Below, in pieces: positions 1 to 14,365 of a DNA stretch of 64,000 nucleotides. The stretch's first letter is position 1. Every line of letters begins with the position of its first letter. Origin of the DNA: Escherichia coli (lineage in GTDB: Bacteria; Pseudomonadota; Gammaproteobacteria; Enterobacterales; Enterobacteriaceae); assembly GCF_024502345.1 (NCBI RefSeq), contig NZ_JALDNN010000001.1, one strand, 5' to 3'. The position numbers and the translations under genes are program-made. The notes under the pieces were generated by a model that was given only the letters and a program-made list of their open reading frames with translations, did no database searches and was not told the DNA's origin.

Positions 1-918
1 TTCCACGGCACCGACGTGAGCCGCCTGCACGCGCGCGATCGTAAAGTCGGTTTCGTGTTCCAGCATTACGCGCTGTTCCGCCATATGACGGTATTCGACA
101 ATATCGCTTTTGGCCTGACGGTGCTGCCGCGTCGCGAGCGCCCGAATGCCGCAGCCATCAAAGCGAAAGTGACAAAATTGCTGGAAATGGTCCAGCTTGC
201 GCATCTGGCGGATCGTTATCCGGCACAGCTTTCCGGCGGCCAGAAACAGCGTGTGGCGCTGGCGCGCGCGCTGGCTGTAGAACCGCAAATTCTGCTGCTT
301 GATGAACCGTTTGGCGCGCTGGATGCGCAGGTGCGTAAAGAGCTGCGTCGCTGGCTGCGTCAACTGCATGAAGAGCTGAAATTCACCAGCGTGTTTGTGA
401 CCCACGACCAGGAAGAGGCGACCGAAGTAGCCGATCGTGTAGTGGTGATGAGTCAGGGGAATATTGAACAGGCTGATGCGCCGAATCAGGTATGGCGCGA
501 ACCAGCGACCCGTTTTGTACTCGAATTTATGGGCGAAGTGAACCGCCTGCAGGGAACCATTCGCGGCGGGCAGTTCCATGTTGGCGCGCATCGCTGGCCG
601 CTGGGCTACACACCTGCGTATCAGGGTCCGGTGGATCTCTTCCTGCGCCCGTGGGAAGTGGATATCAGCCGCCGTACCAGTCTCGATTCGCCGCTGCCGG
701 TACAGGTACTGGAAGCCAGCCCGAAAGGTCACTACACCCAATTAGTGGTGCAGCCGCTGGGGTGGTACAACGAACCGCTGACGGTCGTGATGCATGGCGA
801 CGATGCCCCGCAGCGTGGCGAGCGTTTATTCGTTGGTCTGCAACATGCGCGGCTGTATAACGGCGACGAGCGTATTGAAACCCGCGATGAGGAACTTGCT
901 CTCGCACAAAGCGCCTGA
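1..918 (+). CDS. cysA: sulfate/thiosulfate ABC transporter ATP-binding subunit CysA; 5' end lies outside the window
   Basis: Open frame from base 1; ABC signature [15 protein letters not shown] and Walker [12 protein letters not shown] in translation; position upstream of cysM as in the cysPUWAM operon. Confidence 0.93.
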   Translation, partial: FHGTDVSRLHARDRKVGFVFQHYALFRHMTVFDNIAFGLTVLPRRERPNAAAIKAKVTKLLEMVQLAHLADRYPAQLSGGQKQRVALARALAVEPQILLLDEPFGALDAQVRKELRRWLRQLHEELKFTSVFVTHDQEEATEVADRVVVMSQGNIEQADAPNQVWREPATRFVLEFMGEVNRLQGTIRGGQFHVGAHRWPLGYTPAYQGPVDLFLRPWEVDISRRTSLDSPLPVQVLEASPKGHYTQLVVQPLGWYNEPLTVVMHGDDAPQRGERLFVGLQHARLYNGDERIETRDEELALAQSA

Positions 919-940
919 TAGGTTGAGTGAATGTTAAACG

Positions 941-972
941 CCCGGAGGCGCTTCCCGCGATCCGGGCTTTTT
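941..972 (+). terminator. GC hairpin plus T-run downstream of cysA
   Basis: cccggaggcgcttcccgcgatccggg followed by cttttt directly after the cysA stop. Confidence 0.45.
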
Positions 973-992
973 AATGGCAAGGTTTGTAACCT

Positions 993-1029
993 GTAGGCCT
1001 GATAAGACGCGCAAGCGTCGCATCAGGCA
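993..1029. repeat. REP (repetitive extragenic palindrome) element
   Basis: gtaggcctgataagacgcgcaagcgtcgcatcaggca, the canonical E. coli REP palindrome, in the cysA-cysM spacer. Confidence 0.8.
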
Positions 1030-1051
1030 ACACCACGTATGGATAGAGATC

Positions 1052-1963
1052 GTGAGTACATTAGAACAAACAATAGGCAATACGCCTCTGGTGAAGTTGC
1101 AGCGAATGGGGCCGGATAACGGCAGTGAAGTGTGGTTAAAACTGGAAGGCAATAACCCGGCAGGTTCGGTGAAAGATCGTGCGGCACTTTCGATGATCGT
1201 CGAGGCGGAAAAGCGCGGGGAAATTAAACCGGGTGATGTCTTAATCGAAGCCACCAGTGGTAACACCGGCATTGCGCTGGCAATGATTGCCGCGCTGAAA
1301 GGCTATCGCATGAAATTGCTGATGCCCGACAACATGAGCCAGGAACGCCGTGCGGCGATGCGTGCTTATGGTGCGGAACTGATTCTTGTCACCAAAGAGC
1401 AGGGCATGGAAGGTGCGCGCGATCTGGCGCTGGAGATGGCGAATCGTGGCGAAGGAAAGCTGCTCGATCAGTTCAATAATCCCGATAACCCTTACGCCCA
1501 TTACACCACTACCGGGCCGGAAATCTGGCAGCAAACCGGCGGGCGCATTACCCATTTTGTCTCCAGCATGGGAACAACCGGCACTATCACCGGCGTTTCA
1601 CGCTTTATGCGCGAACAATCCAAACCAGTAACGATTGTTGGCCTGCAGCCGGAAGAAGGCAGCAGTATTCCCGGCATTCGCCGCTGGCCTGCGGAATATC
1701 TGCCGGGGATTTTCAACGCTTCTCTGGTGGATGAGGTGCTGGATATTCATCAGCGCGATGCAGAAAACACCATGCGCGAACTGGCAGTGCGGGAAGGAAT
1801 ATTCTGTGGCGTCAGCTCCGGCGGCGCGGTTGCCGGAGCACTGCGGGTGGTAAAAGCTAACCCTGGTGCGGTGGTGGTAGCGATCATCTGCGATCGTGGC
1901 GATCGCTACCTTTCCACCGGGGTGTTTGGGGAAGAGCATTTTAGCCAGGGGGCGGGGATTTAA
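1052..1963 (+). CDS. cysM: cysteine synthase B (O-acetylserine sulfhydrylase B)
   Basis: Translation VSTLEQTIGNTPLVKLQRMG... with PLP-enzyme motif SGNTG; GTG start at 1052 gives the expected 303 aa; the ORF-track ATG at 974 lies inside the REP element and is probably not the start. Confidence 0.93.
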   Translation: MSTLEQTIGNTPLVKLQRMGPDNGSEVWLKLEGNNPAGSVKDRAALSMIVEAEKRGEIKPGDVLIEATSGNTGIALAMIAALKGYRMKLLMPDNMSQERRAAMRAYGAELILVTKEQGMEGARDLALEMANRGEGKLLDQFNNPDNPYAHYTTTGPEIWQQTGGRITHFVSSMGTTGTITGVSRFMREQSKPVTIVGLQPEEGSSIPGIRRWPAEYLPGIFNASLVDEVLDIHQRDAENTMRELAVREGIFCGVSSGGAVAGALRVVKANPGAVVVAIICDRGDRYLSTGVFGEEHFSQGAGI

Positions 1964-1965
1964 GA

Positions 1966-2400
<435 letters not shown>

Positions 2401-2438
2401 TAATACGATGAGGATCATCGGCAAGGAGAAAAAATTAA

Positions 2439-3290
2439 ATGAGTAGTTTGTTGTTGTTTAACGATAAGAGCAGGGCACTGCAGGCGGATATCGTCGCCGT
2501 GCAGTCGCAGGTAGTGTACGGCAGCGTAGGCAACAGCATTGCCGTGCCTGCTATCAAACAGAACGGCCTGAATGTCTTTGCCGTGCCGACGGTATTGCTG
2601 AGCAATACGCCGCATTATGACACTTTCTACGGTGGTGCGATTCCGGACGAATGGTTTAGCGGCTATTTGCGTGCGCTTCAGGAGCGTGATGCGCTGCGCC
2701 AACTTCGTGCTGTAACCACGGGCTATATGGGAACGGCATCGCAAATCAAAATCCTTGCCGAGTGGCTGACTGCGCTACGCAAAGACCATCCTGATCTATT
2801 GATCATGGTCGATCCGGTGATTGGCGATATTGATAGCGGAATTTATGTCAAACCTGACCTTCCCGAGGCGTATCGACAATATTTACTGCCGCTGGCGCAG
2901 GGAATTACCCCCAATATCTTTGAGCTGGAAATCCTGACCGGTAAAAATTGCCGCGATCTCGACAGTGCCATTGCTGCCGCAAAAAGTCTGCTTTCAGACA
3001 CACTAAAATGGGTGGTGATTACCAGCGCCTCCGGTAATGAAGAAAATCAGGAGATGCAGGTTGTGGTGGTCACTGCCGACAGCGTGAATGTCATTTCCCA
3101 TTCACGGGTAAAAACCGACCTGAAAGGGACTGGCGACCTGTTTTGTGCTCAGCTCATCAGTGGCTTGCTGAAAGGGAAGGCGTTAACCGATGCGGTGCAC
3201 CGCGCGGGGTTGCGCGTACTGGAAGTGATGCGCTACACCCAGCAGCATGAGAGCGATGAATTGATTTTGCCGCCGCTGGCGGAAGCATAA
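2439..3290 (+). CDS. pdxK: pyridoxal/pyridoxine/pyridoxamine kinase
   Basis: 283-aa ORF, ribokinase-like fold motifs, RBS aaggagaaaaaa upstream; conserved position next to crr. Confidence 0.92.
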   Translation: MSSLLLFNDKSRALQADIVAVQSQVVYGSVGNSIAVPAIKQNGLNVFAVPTVLLSNTPHYDTFYGGAIPDEWFSGYLRALQERDALRQLRAVTTGYMGTASQIKILAEWLTALRKDHPDLLIMVDPVIGDIDSGIYVKPDLPEAYRQYLLPLAQGITPNIFELEILTGKNCRDLDSAIAAAKSLLSDTLKWVVITSASGNEENQEMQVVVVTADSVNVISHSRVKTDLKGTGDLFCAQLISGLLKGKALTDAVHRAGLRVLEVMRYTQQHESDELILPPLAEA

Positions 3291-3320
3291 AAAAATGGCG
3301 CCGATGGGCGCCATTTTTCA
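3291..3320. terminator. bidirectional rho-independent terminator between convergent pdxK and crr
   Basis: aaaaaaatggcgccgatgggcgccattttt: perfect hairpin flanked by A-run and T-run. Confidence 0.75.
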
Positions 3321-3332
3321 CTGCGGCAAGAA

Positions 3333-3842
3333 TTACTTCTTGATGCGGATAACCGGGGTTTCACCCACGGTTACGCTACCGGACAGTTTGATCAGTTCTT
3401 TGATTTCGTCCATGTTGGAGATAACAACCGGAGTCAGGGTAGACTTGGCTTTCTCTTCCAGCAGCGGCAGATCAAATTCAATGACAGTATCGCCAACTTT
3501 CACGCGCTGACCTTCTTCAGCAATACGCTTGAAGCCTTCGCCTTTCAGTTCAACGGTGTCGATACCGAAGTGGACGAACAGTTCAACGCCGCTATCAGAT
3601 TCGATAGAGAATGCGTGGTTGGTTTCAAAGATTTTACCAATGGTACCGTCTACAGGCGCGACCATTTTGTTACCCGTTGGTTTGATAGCAATACCATCAC
3701 CAACGATTTTTTCCGCAAAAACGACATCCGGCACGTCTTCGATATTGACGATCTCGCCAGAGAGCGGAGCAATGATCTCAATAGTTCCGGTATCCTTCTT
3801 GTCGTCGGAAACCAGAGATTTCAGTTTATCGAACAAACCCAT
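3333..3842 (-). CDS. crr: PTS glucose-specific EIIA component (EIIA-Glc)
   Basis: 169-aa translation [16 protein letters not shown]...VIRIKK matches EIIA-Glc. Confidence 0.97.
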
Positions 3843-3882
3843 GATCTTCTCCTAAGCAGTAAATTGGGCCGCATCTCGTGGA

Positions 3883-5610
3883 TTAGCAGATTGTTTTTTC
3901 TTCAATGAACTTGTTAACCAGCGTCATTAACTCGTCCGTTGTCGGTTGAGCAAGAGCCTGCTCTGCTAACACCTTCGCATCTTCGAAGTTCGTGTTACGG
4001 ATAATCTTCTTAATGCGCGGGATAGAAATGGCGCTCATAGAGAATTCGTCCAGACCCATCCCCAGCAACAGAAGTGTAGCACGTTCATCGCCAGCAAGCT
4101 CACCACACATGCCAGTCCATTTGCCTTCAGCATGAGAAGCATCAATAACTTGCTTGATCAAGTTCAGCACGGACGGTGACATTGGCTGGTAAAGGTGTGA
4201 AATCATATCATTACCACGGTCAACTGCCAGAGTGTACTGCGTTAAATCATTGGTGCCGATACTAAAGAAATCAACTTCTTTGGCTAAATGACGTGCAATT
4301 GTTGCGGCAGCCGGTGTTTCCACCATTACGCCGATTTCAATTGACTCGTCAAACGCTTTACCTTCGTCGCGCAGTTCCTGTTTGTAGATTTCGATCTCTT
4401 TGCGCAGTGCACGCACTTCTTCAACAGAGATGATCATCGGGAACATAATGCGCAATTTACCGAAAGCCGAGGCACGCAGGATAGCGCGGAGCTGATCGCG
4501 CAGGATCTCTTTACGATCCATCGCGATACGGATAGCGCGCCAGCCGAGGAACGGGTTCTCTTCTTTCGGGAAGTTCATGTATGGCAGCTCTTTGTCGCCG
4601 CCGATGTCCATGGTACGAACGATAACCGCCTGCGAGCCACACGCTTCAGCCACTGCTTTGTAAGCAGCAAACTGTTCTTCTTCAGTGGGCAGCGCGTCGC
4701 GGTCCATGAACAGGAACTCAGTACGATACAGACCAACGCCTTCAGCGCCGTTACGCTCTGCACCTTCAACGTCACGAACCGTACCAATGTTAGCGCATAC
4801 TTCTACCTGGTGACCGTCCAGCGTAATAGCTGGCAGATCTTTCAGTTTAGCAAGCTCTGCTTTTTCAGAAGCCACTTGCTCCTGAACAGCGCGCATTTTA
4901 TCAATAACTTCGTTGGTTGGATTGACGTAAACCTGATTATTTACGGCATCCAGAATCAGATAGTCGTCATTTTTCACCTGAGAGGTGACGCTACCGGTAC
5001 CCACGATAGCAGGCAGTTCCAGAGAACGCGCCATGATAGAGGTGTGGGAAGTACGGCCACCCGCGTCGGTGATGAAACCCAGCACCTTCTTCAGGTTCAG
5101 CTGTGCGGTTTCGGACGGCGTCAGGTCAGCGGCAACCAGAATGACTTCATCCTGAATGGCGCTCAGGTCGATAATCTTCAGGCCCAGGATGTTGCGCAGC
5201 AGGCGCTTACCGATATCACGTACGTCAGCCGCACGTTCTTTCAGGTATTCATCATCCAGCTCTTCCAGGGCAGAAGCCTGACCTTCGATAACTTCATGAG
5301 CAGCTGCGTCAGCTGTCATGTGCTTATCTTTAATCAGGGCTATGATTTCCTGCTCCAGCTCCTCATCTTCGAGCAGCATAATATGCCCTTCAAAGATGGC
5401 TTCTTTTTCTTCACCGAACGTTTCACCAGCTTTCGTTTTGATCGTTTCCAGCTGGGCTGATGCCTTGGCACGACCGCTCAGAAAACGTTCAACTTCCTGA
5501 TCAACCTGGTCGGCAGAAATTTTTTTCCGGTCAATGACAATTTCGTCTTCTTTCAGAAGCAGAGCTTTACCGAAAGCGATACCCGGGGATGCTAAAATGC
5601 CTGAAATCAT
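3883..5610 (-). CDS. ptsI: PTS enzyme I (phosphoenolpyruvate-protein phosphotransferase)
   Basis: 575-aa translation [19 protein letters not shown]... with PEP-utilising enzyme motifs; immediately downstream of ptsH. Confidence 0.97.
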   Translation of the reverse strand: MISGILASPGIAFGKALLLKEDEIVIDRKKISADQVDQEVERFLSGRAKASAQLETIKTKAGETFGEEKEAIFEGHIMLLEDEELEQEIIALIKDKHMTADAAAHEVIEGQASALEELDDEYLKERAADVRDIGKRLLRNILGLKIIDLSAIQDEVILVAADLTPSETAQLNLKKVLGFITDAGGRTSHTSIMARSLELPAIVGTGSVTSQVKNDDYLILDAVNNQVYVNPTNEVIDKMRAVQEQVASEKAELAKLKDLPAITLDGHQVEVCANIGTVRDVEGAERNGAEGVGLYRTEFLFMDRDALPTEEEQFAAYKAVAEACGSQAVIVRTMDIGGDKELPYMNFPKEENPFLGWRAIRIAMDRKEILRDQLRAILRASAFGKLRIMFPMIISVEEVRALRKEIEIYKQELRDEGKAFDESIEIGVMVETPAAATIARHLAKEVDFFSIGTNDLTQYTLAVDRGNDMISHLYQPMSPSVLNLIKQVIDASHAEGKWTGMCGELAGDERATLLLLGMGLDEFSMSAISIPRIKKIIRNTNFEDAKVLAEQALAQPTTDELMTLVNKFIEEKTIC

Positions 5611-5654
5611 AACCCTACCTTACTTGTGACTGATTTTTAAAAGAACCCGGGAAA

Positions 5655-5912
5655 TTACTCGAGTTCCGCCATCAGTTTAACCAGATGTTCAACCGCTTTC
5701 TGCTCGTCTTCGCCTTCTGCGGAGATAGTCACAACGGTACCTTGAGTCAGGCCCAGAGTCTGCAGTTTAAACAGGCTTTTCGCGCTGGCGCTTTTGCCGT
5801 TGGAAGTCACAGTAATTTCAGAAGTGAAGCCCTTAGCTTCTTTTACAAACTGGGCAGCAGGGCGGGTGTGCAGACCGTTCGGAGCGGTAATGGTAACTTC
5901 TTGCTGGAACAT
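5655..5912 (-). CDS. ptsH: PTS phosphocarrier protein HPr
   Basis: 85-aa translation [23 protein letters not shown]... (active-site His15 context). Confidence 0.97.
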
Positions 5913-6240
5913 TGTATTTCCCCAACTTATAGGTTTAGTGTTGTGGAACTAAAGTCTAGCCTGGCGGTTCGACTTTAGCCTGTATTGTTAGCGCCAGTTT
6001 TTAACAGACGCGACGCACGAAGAGCGCAATACAGTCCATTGCTGGCGGGTGTTGACCGCTGACGTTTCGTACGTCATTAAACATTATGCCGCTAAAGGAA
6101 GAATTGAACCAAATCATAAAATCGATTCAGCTTTGGCTTTTCCTGTAACGATTAATTTCGCGCATCAAAATAATTAGTCTGGTTAAATACCAGTTCCGAC
6201 AGGCTGAATCAATGCCAGGAGGGGCGAAAGTTTGAAGCAG
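5913..6240 (-). promoter_or_regulatory. ptsHI-crr upstream control region (position only)
   Basis: About 330 bp non-coding between the cysK terminator and the ptsH start; in K-12 this interval carries the CRP/Mlc-regulated ptsH promoters. Individual sites were not mapped here. Confidence 0.4.
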
Positions 6241-6244
6241 GCCA

Positions 6245-6276
6245 CAAAAAAGCACCTAAAAAGGTGCTTTTTTACG
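6245..6276 (-). terminator. rho-independent terminator downstream of cysK
   Basis: aaaaaagcacctaaaaaggtgcttttttac hairpin with flanking A/T runs just past the cysK stop. Confidence 0.7.
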
Positions 6277-6295
6277 CATTTTTAACAAGCTGGCA

Positions 6296-7267
6296 TTACT
6301 GTTGCAATTCTTTCTCAGTGAAGAGATCGGCAAACAATGCGGTGCTTAAATAACGCTCACCCGATGATGGTAGAATAACCACAATATTCTTGTTGGTAAA
6401 GCTTTCATCTTCTTGTAGTTTCAACGCCGCGGCAACAGCTGCTCCAGAAGAGATACCTGCAAGAATACCTTCTTCTTCCATTAGACGACGGGCGGTAGAA
6501 ATGGCTTCTTCATTGGTGATGCCAATGACTTTATCGACCAGCTTGAGATCGAGGTTAGCCGGGATAAAACCAGCGCCAATACCCTGAATTTTATGCGGGC
6601 CAGGTTTAATCTCTTCACCTGCCAGCGCCTGGGCGATAACTGGAGAATCGGTTGGCTCAACGGCGACAGAGATAAGATCGGTCTTTCCTTTGGTGCCTTT
6701 AATGTAGCGGCTGACGCCAGTCAGCGTACCGCCAGTCCCAACGCCAGCAATAAATACATCAACCTGACCGTCGGTATCTTCCCAGATCTCCGGACCGGTG
6801 GTCTTTTCGTGAATTTCAGGGTTTGCCGGATTGCTGAATTGTTGCAGCAGCAGGTATTTCTCTGGATTGCTGGCGACAATTTCTTCTGCTTTTTGGATTG
6901 CGCCTTTCATGCCTTTAGCACCTTCGGTCAGCACCAGGTTTGCACCTAACGCTTTCAGCAGCTTGCGGCGTTCAATACTCATGGTTTCTGGCATGGTCAG
7001 GGTGAGTTTGTAACCGCGAGCGGCAGCTACATAGGCCAGTGCAATCCCGGTATTACCGCTGGTCGGTTCAACCAGTTCAACGCCTGGTTTCAGCACGCCG
7101 CGCTTTTCGGCATCCCAAATCATGTTGGCACCGATACGGCACTTAACGCTGAAGCTGGGGTTACGAGATTCCACCTTCGCCAGAATGCGTCCGTTACCGA
7201 TGCGATTCAGGCGAACCAGCGGCGTGTGACCGATAGTCAGCGAGTTATCTTCAAAAATCTTACTCAT
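6296..7267 (-). CDS. cysK: cysteine synthase A (O-acetylserine sulfhydrylase A)
   Basis: 323-aa translation [20 protein letters not shown]... with PLP lysine motif SVKCRIG. Confidence 0.97.
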   Translation of the reverse strand: MSKIFEDNSLTIGHTPLVRLNRIGNGRILAKVESRNPSFSVKCRIGANMIWDAEKRGVLKPGVELVEPTSGNTGIALAYVAAARGYKLTLTMPETMSIERRKLLKALGANLVLTEGAKGMKGAIQKAEEIVASNPEKYLLLQQFSNPANPEIHEKTTGPEIWEDTDGQVDVFIAGVGTGGTLTGVSRYIKGTKGKTDLISVAVEPTDSPVIAQALAGEEIKPGPHKIQGIGAGFIPANLDLKLVDKVIGITNEEAISTARRLMEEEGILAGISSGAAVAAALKLQEDESFTNKNIVVILPSSGERYLSTALFADLFTEKELQQ

Positions 7268-7451
7268 GGCCTGTCCTTAACTGTATGAAATTGGGATACA
7301 ACAGGTAGCATACCCGCTCAGAGAATATGCGGAAGTAAGGATTTAGCATATCTATATACAGAAGGGAAATAATGACATGCAAGATGGAATAAGGGGCGGC
7401 ATAAGCCACCCCTGTTCCACACAAACGGTTTACAAAATAACCGGTAGATTG

Positions 7452-8213
7452 TTACCGCCACATCGCGTGTTTATCGCGATAGCAATCGACCCACATCGCC
7501 GTCGCGCCACAAACGGCAACGGGCATGATGAACAGATTAAGCAGCGGGATCATCGTAAACAGGCTGGTTAAAGCACCAAACTGCATATTGGTGATTTTGC
7601 GTGTGCGCAGGGCGGTGCGCATCTCTTTAAACGGTACTTTGTGGTTATCGAAGGGGTAATCGCAATACTGGATGGCTAACATCCAGGCGCTAAACAGGAA
7701 CCACAGTACCGGCGCGACGGTTTGCCCAATACCAGGGATGAAGTAAAGAATTAGCAATACAATTGCGCGTGGCAGATACCAGGCAAATTTTTGCCATTCG
7801 CGTTTCATGATTCGCGGCACATCTTTCATGATACCGAAAATCCCGGTATCTGGCGGTGTAGCGCCAGTCAATCGTGCTTCCAGTTGTTCAGCCAATAAAC
7901 CGTTAAACGGAGCGGCAATCCAGTTAGCAATCGTGGAGAAGAAATAGCCAAACACTAACAGCACAGAGATGACAGCCAGAGGCCACAACAGATAGCTCAG
8001 CCATTGTAACCAGTCCGGAACATAACTCATGAGAGTCGGGATCCAGACATCGAGTTGCGTAAAGAGCCACCAGAATGCGCCCCCCATCAACAAAATATTG
8101 ACCAGCAGCGGTAAAATAACGAAACGCCGAATCCCAGGTTGCGAGACGAGCTTCCAGCCTTGCGCAAAATAGTAAAAACCGCTGCGTGGGGCAGATGTGA
8201 ATGATGAAACCAT
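7452..8213 (-). CDS. cysZ: sulfate transporter CysZ
   Basis: 253-aa polytopic membrane protein; conserved position between cysK and zipA. Confidence 0.93.
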
Positions 8214-8442
8214 AATCAGGATGAGCTCCTTTTGACCAATCCCAGGAAAATTGTGCGTATTTTACCGGGTAATTGCGCAATGGACAGTTAGGATATGTTC
8301 GAAAAAACAGCAAAAAGCACGATTTCATCTATCTTTGTGCTGTGAAAGTTAATAGTGCACTTGCACTTGAGGTAATCGGCAAATACTCTTAGTGAGTAAA
8401 TGTTTGCCGTGGTGGCAAGGTGTTAGAACAACAGAGAATATA

Positions 8443-9441
8443 ATGATGCAGGATTTGCGTCTGATATTAATCATTGTTGGCGCGATCGCCATAATCGCTT
8501 TACTGGTACATGGTTTCTGGACCAGCCGTAAAGAACGATCTTCTATGTTCCGCGATCGGCCATTAAAACGAATGAAGTCAAAACGTGACGACGATTCTTA
8601 TGACGAGGATGTCGAAGATGATGAGGGCGTTGGTGAGGTTCGTGTTCACCGCGTGAATCATGCCCCGGCTAACGCCCAGGAGCATGAGGCTGCTCGTCCG
8701 TCGCCGCAACACCAGTACCAACCGCCTTATGCGTCTGCGCAGCCGCGTCAACCGGTCCAGCAGCCGCCTGAAGCGCAGGTACCGCCGCAACATGCTCCGC
8801 GTCCAGCGCAGCCGGTGCAGCAACCCGTGCAGCAGCCTGCCTATCAGCCGCAGCCTGAACAGCCGTTGCAGCAGCCAGTTTCGCCACAGGTCGCGCCAGC
8901 GCCGCAGCCAGTGCATTCAGCACCGCAACCGGCACAACAGGCTTTCCAGCCTGCAGAACCCGTAGCGGCACCACAGCCTGAGCCTGTAGCGGAACCGGCT
9001 CCAGTTATGGATAAACCGAAGCGCAAAGAAGCGGTGATTATCATGAACGTCGCGGCGCATCACGGTAGCGAGCTAAACGGTGAACTGCTTCTTAACAGCA
9101 TTCAACAAGCGGGCTTCATTTTTGGCGATATGAATATTTACCATCGTCATCTTAGCCCGGATGGCAGCGGCCCGGCGTTATTCAGCCTGGCGAATATGGT
9201 GAAACCGGGAACCTTTGATCCTGAAATGAAGGATTTCACTACTCCGGGTGTCACTATCTTTATGCAGGTACCGTCTTACGGTGACGAGCTGCAGAACTTC
9301 AAGCTGATGCTGCAATCTGCGCAGCATATTGCCGATGAAGTGGGCGGTGTCGTGCTTGACGATCAGCGCCGTATGATGACTCCGCAGAAATTGCGCGAGT
9401 ACCAGGACATCATCCGCGAAGTTAAAGACGCCAACGCCTGA
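8443..9441 (+). CDS. zipA: cell-division protein ZipA
   Basis: Start [26 protein letters not shown] (N-terminal membrane anchor), long P/Q-rich linker, C-terminal FtsZ-binding domain; the ORF-track start at 8392 is an upstream in-frame ATG. Confidence 0.93.
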
Positions 9442-9502
9442 TACACTTAAGGCAAATTAACTCCTCTTCGAACCCCCGCTTGTCGGGGGTTTTTAGCATT
9501 GA

Positions 9503-11527
<2,025 letters not shown>

Positions 11528-11528
11528 G

Positions 11529-11747
11529 ATGGAAAAAGAGCAGCTGATTGAAATAGCCAATACGATAATGCCGTTTGGCAAATACAAAGGGCGTCGCTTA
11601 ATCGACCTGCCGGAGGAGTATCTGCTGTGGTTTGCCCGCAAAGATGAGTTCCCGGTAGGGAAGCTCGGTGAGCTAATGCAAATCACGCTGCTGATTAAAA
11701 CCGAGGGGCTGACGCAACTGGTCCAGCCCCTGAAGCGTCCGCTTTAA
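11529..11747 (+). CDS. ypeB: small conserved protein YpeB
   Basis: 72-aa ORF starting MEKEQLIEIANTIMPFGKYKG; its ATG overlaps the ligA stop (tgagATGg), indicating translational coupling. Confidence 0.8.
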   Translation: MEKEQLIEIANTIMPFGKYKGRRLIDLPEEYLLWFARKDEFPVGKLGELMQITLLIKTEGLTQLVQPLKRPL

Positions 11748-12742
11748 GCTTTATCGGTGCTGCTTTCCTGCTGCGCCTGTAACTGTTCGGTCTGGCGTTT
11801 GTATCGACGCGCCAGCACCGCACAGACCATCAATTGGATCTGATGGAAAATCATCAGGGGCAGCACCATCATACCGATCACCGATGTGGGGAACAGAATG
11901 TTTGCCATCGGGATGCCATTTGCCAGACTCTTTTTCGAACCACAAAAGACGATAGTAATTTCATCTGCCTTATTGAAGCCCAGTCGGCGTGCCATAAAGA
12001 CGTTAACTACAATCACGATAGCCAGAAGAACGCAGCTGACCACCACGATAAACAGCAATGATCCCCAGCCAACTTTATGCCAGATACCATTAACGACGGC
12101 TTCGCTGAACGCTGTATAAACCACCAACAGAATGGACGTCTGGTCAGTTTTCGCAATCCATTTTTTATTGCGCGACACCCAGTCACCAATCCACGGCCGG
12201 GAAAGATGCCCCAACACAAACGGCAGCAGCAGTTGCAGCATAATTTTACCGACCTGCTCAAGGCTGCCCCCTGCACCGTGAACATTCATCACCAGACCAA
12301 CCAGCAATGGTGAAAGGAAAATCCCCAGCAGGCTGGATGCTGACGCAGAACAAACCGCCGCCGCGACGTTACCGCCCGCCATTGACGTGAAGGCGATTGC
12401 AGACTGCACGGTAGCCGGGAGAATGCACAAGTAGAGAAAACCGGAGTAGAGCATCGGGTCGACATTTACCGGTTTCCACCAGGCAAACAGTACACCCAGA
12501 ATCGGAAACAGCACGAAGGTGCTGCACATTACCCACAAATGCAGTCGCCAGTGACCACCGCCAGCAATAATCGCCTCACGCGACAACTTCGCGCCGTGCA
12601 TAAAGAACAGCAGGGCAATAGCTGCGGTGGTCAGATTTTCAAAGAAGGGGACGAAATCGCCTCTGGCCGGAAAGAAAGAGGCCAGCAACACCACCGTGAT
12701 CAGGGTTAAGGTGAAAGGATCGAGGATACGAAAAAGTTTCAT
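11744..12742 (-). CDS. yfeH: bile-acid/Na+ symporter-family membrane transporter YfeH
   Basis: 332-aa hydrophobic polytopic protein; conserved K-12 neighbour. Confidence 0.88.
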   Translation of the reverse strand: MKLFRILDPFTLTLITVVLLASFFPARGDFVPFFENLTTAAIALLFFMHGAKLSREAIIAGGGHWRLHLWVMCSTFVLFPILGVLFAWWKPVNVDPMLYSGFLYLCILPATVQSAIAFTSMAGGNVAAAVCSASASSLLGIFLSPLLVGLVMNVHGAGGSLEQVGKIMLQLLLPFVLGHLSRPWIGDWVSRNKKWIAKTDQTSILLVVYTAFSEAVVNGIWHKVGWGSLLFIVVVSCVLLAIVIVVNVFMARRLGFNKADEITIVFCGSKKSLANGIPMANILFPTSVIGMMVLPLMIFHQIQLMVCAVLARRYKRQTEQLQAQQESSTDKA

Positions 12743-12831
12743 AAAGACTCCAGATGATCGATGGTTCTATTGTGCTTCTTCCAGTTTGAGAAATAAAATT
12801 GATTTATTGCATCCATTCATGAAGAAAACAG

Positions 12832-13758
12832 ATGAATTATTCTTTAAAACAATTAAAGGTTTTCGTCACAGTAGCGCAGGAGAAAAGTTTTAGTCGTGCA
12901 GGAGAGCGTATCGGCCTGAGCCAGTCGGTAGTAAGTCACAGTGTGAAGGAGCTGGAAAATCATACTGGTGTTCGCCTGCTGGACAGAACCACGCGTGAAG
13001 TGGTGCTTACAGATGCAGGGCAGCAGTTGGCTTTGCGTCTTGAGCGACTGCTGGATGAACTTAACAGCACGTTGCGCGATACCGGGCGTATGGGGCAACA
13101 ACTGAGCGGAAAAGTTCGGGTCGCTGCCAGCCAGACCATTTCCGCGCATCTTATTCCGCAATGCATTGCTGAAAGCCATCGCCGCTATCCAGATATTCAG
13201 TTTGTCCTGCACGATCGTCCGCAGCAGTGGGTGATGGAAAGTATTCGCCAGGGAGATGTCGACTTTGGCATCGTCATCGATCCAGGCCCAGTGGGCGATC
13301 TGCAATGTGAAGCGATTCTTTCCGAGCCTTTCTTTCTGCTTTGCCATCGCGATAGCGCTTTGGCCGTGGAAGATTATGTACCCTGGCAGGCATTACAGGG
13401 AGCGAAATTGGTGTTGCAGGATTACGCGTCAGGCAGCCGACCGCTGATTGACGCAGCGCTGGCGCGCAATGGTATTCAGGCGAATATTGTGCAGGAGATT
13501 GGACATCCGGCGACGCTGTTCCCGATGGTAGCCGCAGGCATCGGCATCAGTATTCTTCCCGCACTGGCGCTACCATTGCCTGAAGGTAGCCCACTGGTGG
13601 TAAAGCGCATTACGCCGGTTGTTGAACGCCAGTTGATGCTGGTGCGCAGGAAGAACCGTTCACTTTCCACCGCCGCTGAAGCGTTATGGGACGTGGTACG
13701 AGACCAGGGCAATGCGCTAATGGCTGGTCGGGAAGGGGATCCGTTGTATCAGATATAG
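12832..13758 (+). CDS. yfeR: LysR-family transcriptional regulator YfeR
   Basis: 308 aa; N-terminal HTH ([23 protein letters not shown]) and LysR substrate-binding domain; divergent from yfeH. Confidence 0.9.
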   Translation: MNYSLKQLKVFVTVAQEKSFSRAGERIGLSQSVVSHSVKELENHTGVRLLDRTTREVVLTDAGQQLALRLERLLDELNSTLRDTGRMGQQLSGKVRVAASQTISAHLIPQCIAESHRRYPDIQFVLHDRPQQWVMESIRQGDVDFGIVIDPGPVGDLQCEAILSEPFFLLCHRDSALAVEDYVPWQALQGAKLVLQDYASGSRPLIDAALARNGIQANIVQEIGHPATLFPMVAAGIGISILPALALPLPEGSPLVVKRITPVVERQLMLVRRKNRSLSTAAEALWDVVRDQGNALMAGREGDPLYQI

Positions 13759-14090
13759 ATATCGATATGAGTCGTATTTTCAACAGGATTTAGAAGGGAT
13801 ACATTCAGAGACAAACGCTGCTCTTTCTCCTGCGCCTTTTCTGCCTGCTGTCTCTGCAACTGCGCCAGTTGTGTTTCCAGTAGGGTGATTTGCTGTTGAA
13901 TCAATTCGGCCTGTTTTTGTTTGTCTTCAGCACTGCCGCCAGTGTCTACAATCTCTTTAATTTGTTGAGTGAGTTTGATGATTTGCTGACTTATCCGCGC
14001 GATTTGTGAAGCAACATCGCTACCTTGTGATGCCCTGTTACTACTCTGTGTTTGTATGGAAGGAATTGAAGTTGAAGAGATAGTGGCCAT
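13749..14090 (-). CDS. hypothetical small Q-rich coiled-coil protein, possibly FlxA-like
   Basis: 113-aa ORF with good RBS (gaggactgaacaATG); S/T-rich N-terminus then heptad-like Q/E/K-rich region. It sits where K-12 has yfeN-xapABR. Confidence 0.45.
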   Translation of the reverse strand: MATISSTSIPSIQTQSSNRASQGSDVASQIARISQQIIKLTQQIKEIVDTGGSAEDKQKQAELIQQQITLLETQLAQLQRQQAEKAQEKEQRLSLNVSLLNPVENTTHIDIYI

Positions 14091-14167
14091 TGTTCAGTCC
14101 TCGTCACTGTACGAGGTAATATCGGTAGAAGAACAAGGAACTTGAGAAGAAAAATCAATCTTACAAA

Positions 14168-14227
14168 TCGCAGATAGCAAAAAAGCGCCTTTAGGGCGCT
14201 TTTTTACATTGGTGGGTCGTGCAGGAT
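14168..14227. repeat. direct repeat copy A: lysV 3' end (18 nt) plus downstream terminator
   Basis: 59-60 bp tcgcagatagcaaaaaagcgcctttagggcgcttttttacattggtgggtcgtgcagga recurs at 14324..14383, where it overlaps the authentic tRNA-Lys 3' end. Confidence 0.85.
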
Positions 14228-14333
14228 GACTCGCTTCGCTCGCCCTTCGGGCCGTCGCCGCGAGCGGCTCCGTTGTTTCGCTGCGCTCAACTCGAACCTG
14301 CTGCAGGTTCGAATCTTTGAGTATCGCAGATAG

Positions 14334-14361
14334 CAAAAAAGCGCCTTTAGGGCGCTTTTTT
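14334..14361 (-). terminator. rho-independent terminator downstream of the tRNA cluster
   Basis: aaaaaagcgcctttagggcgctttttt hairpin immediately 3' of tRNA-Lys (minus strand); a second copy lies inside repeat copy A. Confidence 0.75.
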
Positions 14362-14365
14362 ACAT

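Noticed and set aside
4810-5460. 216-aa ORF on the plus strand inside ptsI
   Set aside because: Antisense to the well-supported ptsI frame; low-complexity translation.
8578-9044. Cluster of overlapping ORFs on both strands with R/L- or A-rich translations
   Set aside because: They arise from the GC-rich, repetitive codons encoding the P/Q-rich linker of ZipA and are not independent genes.
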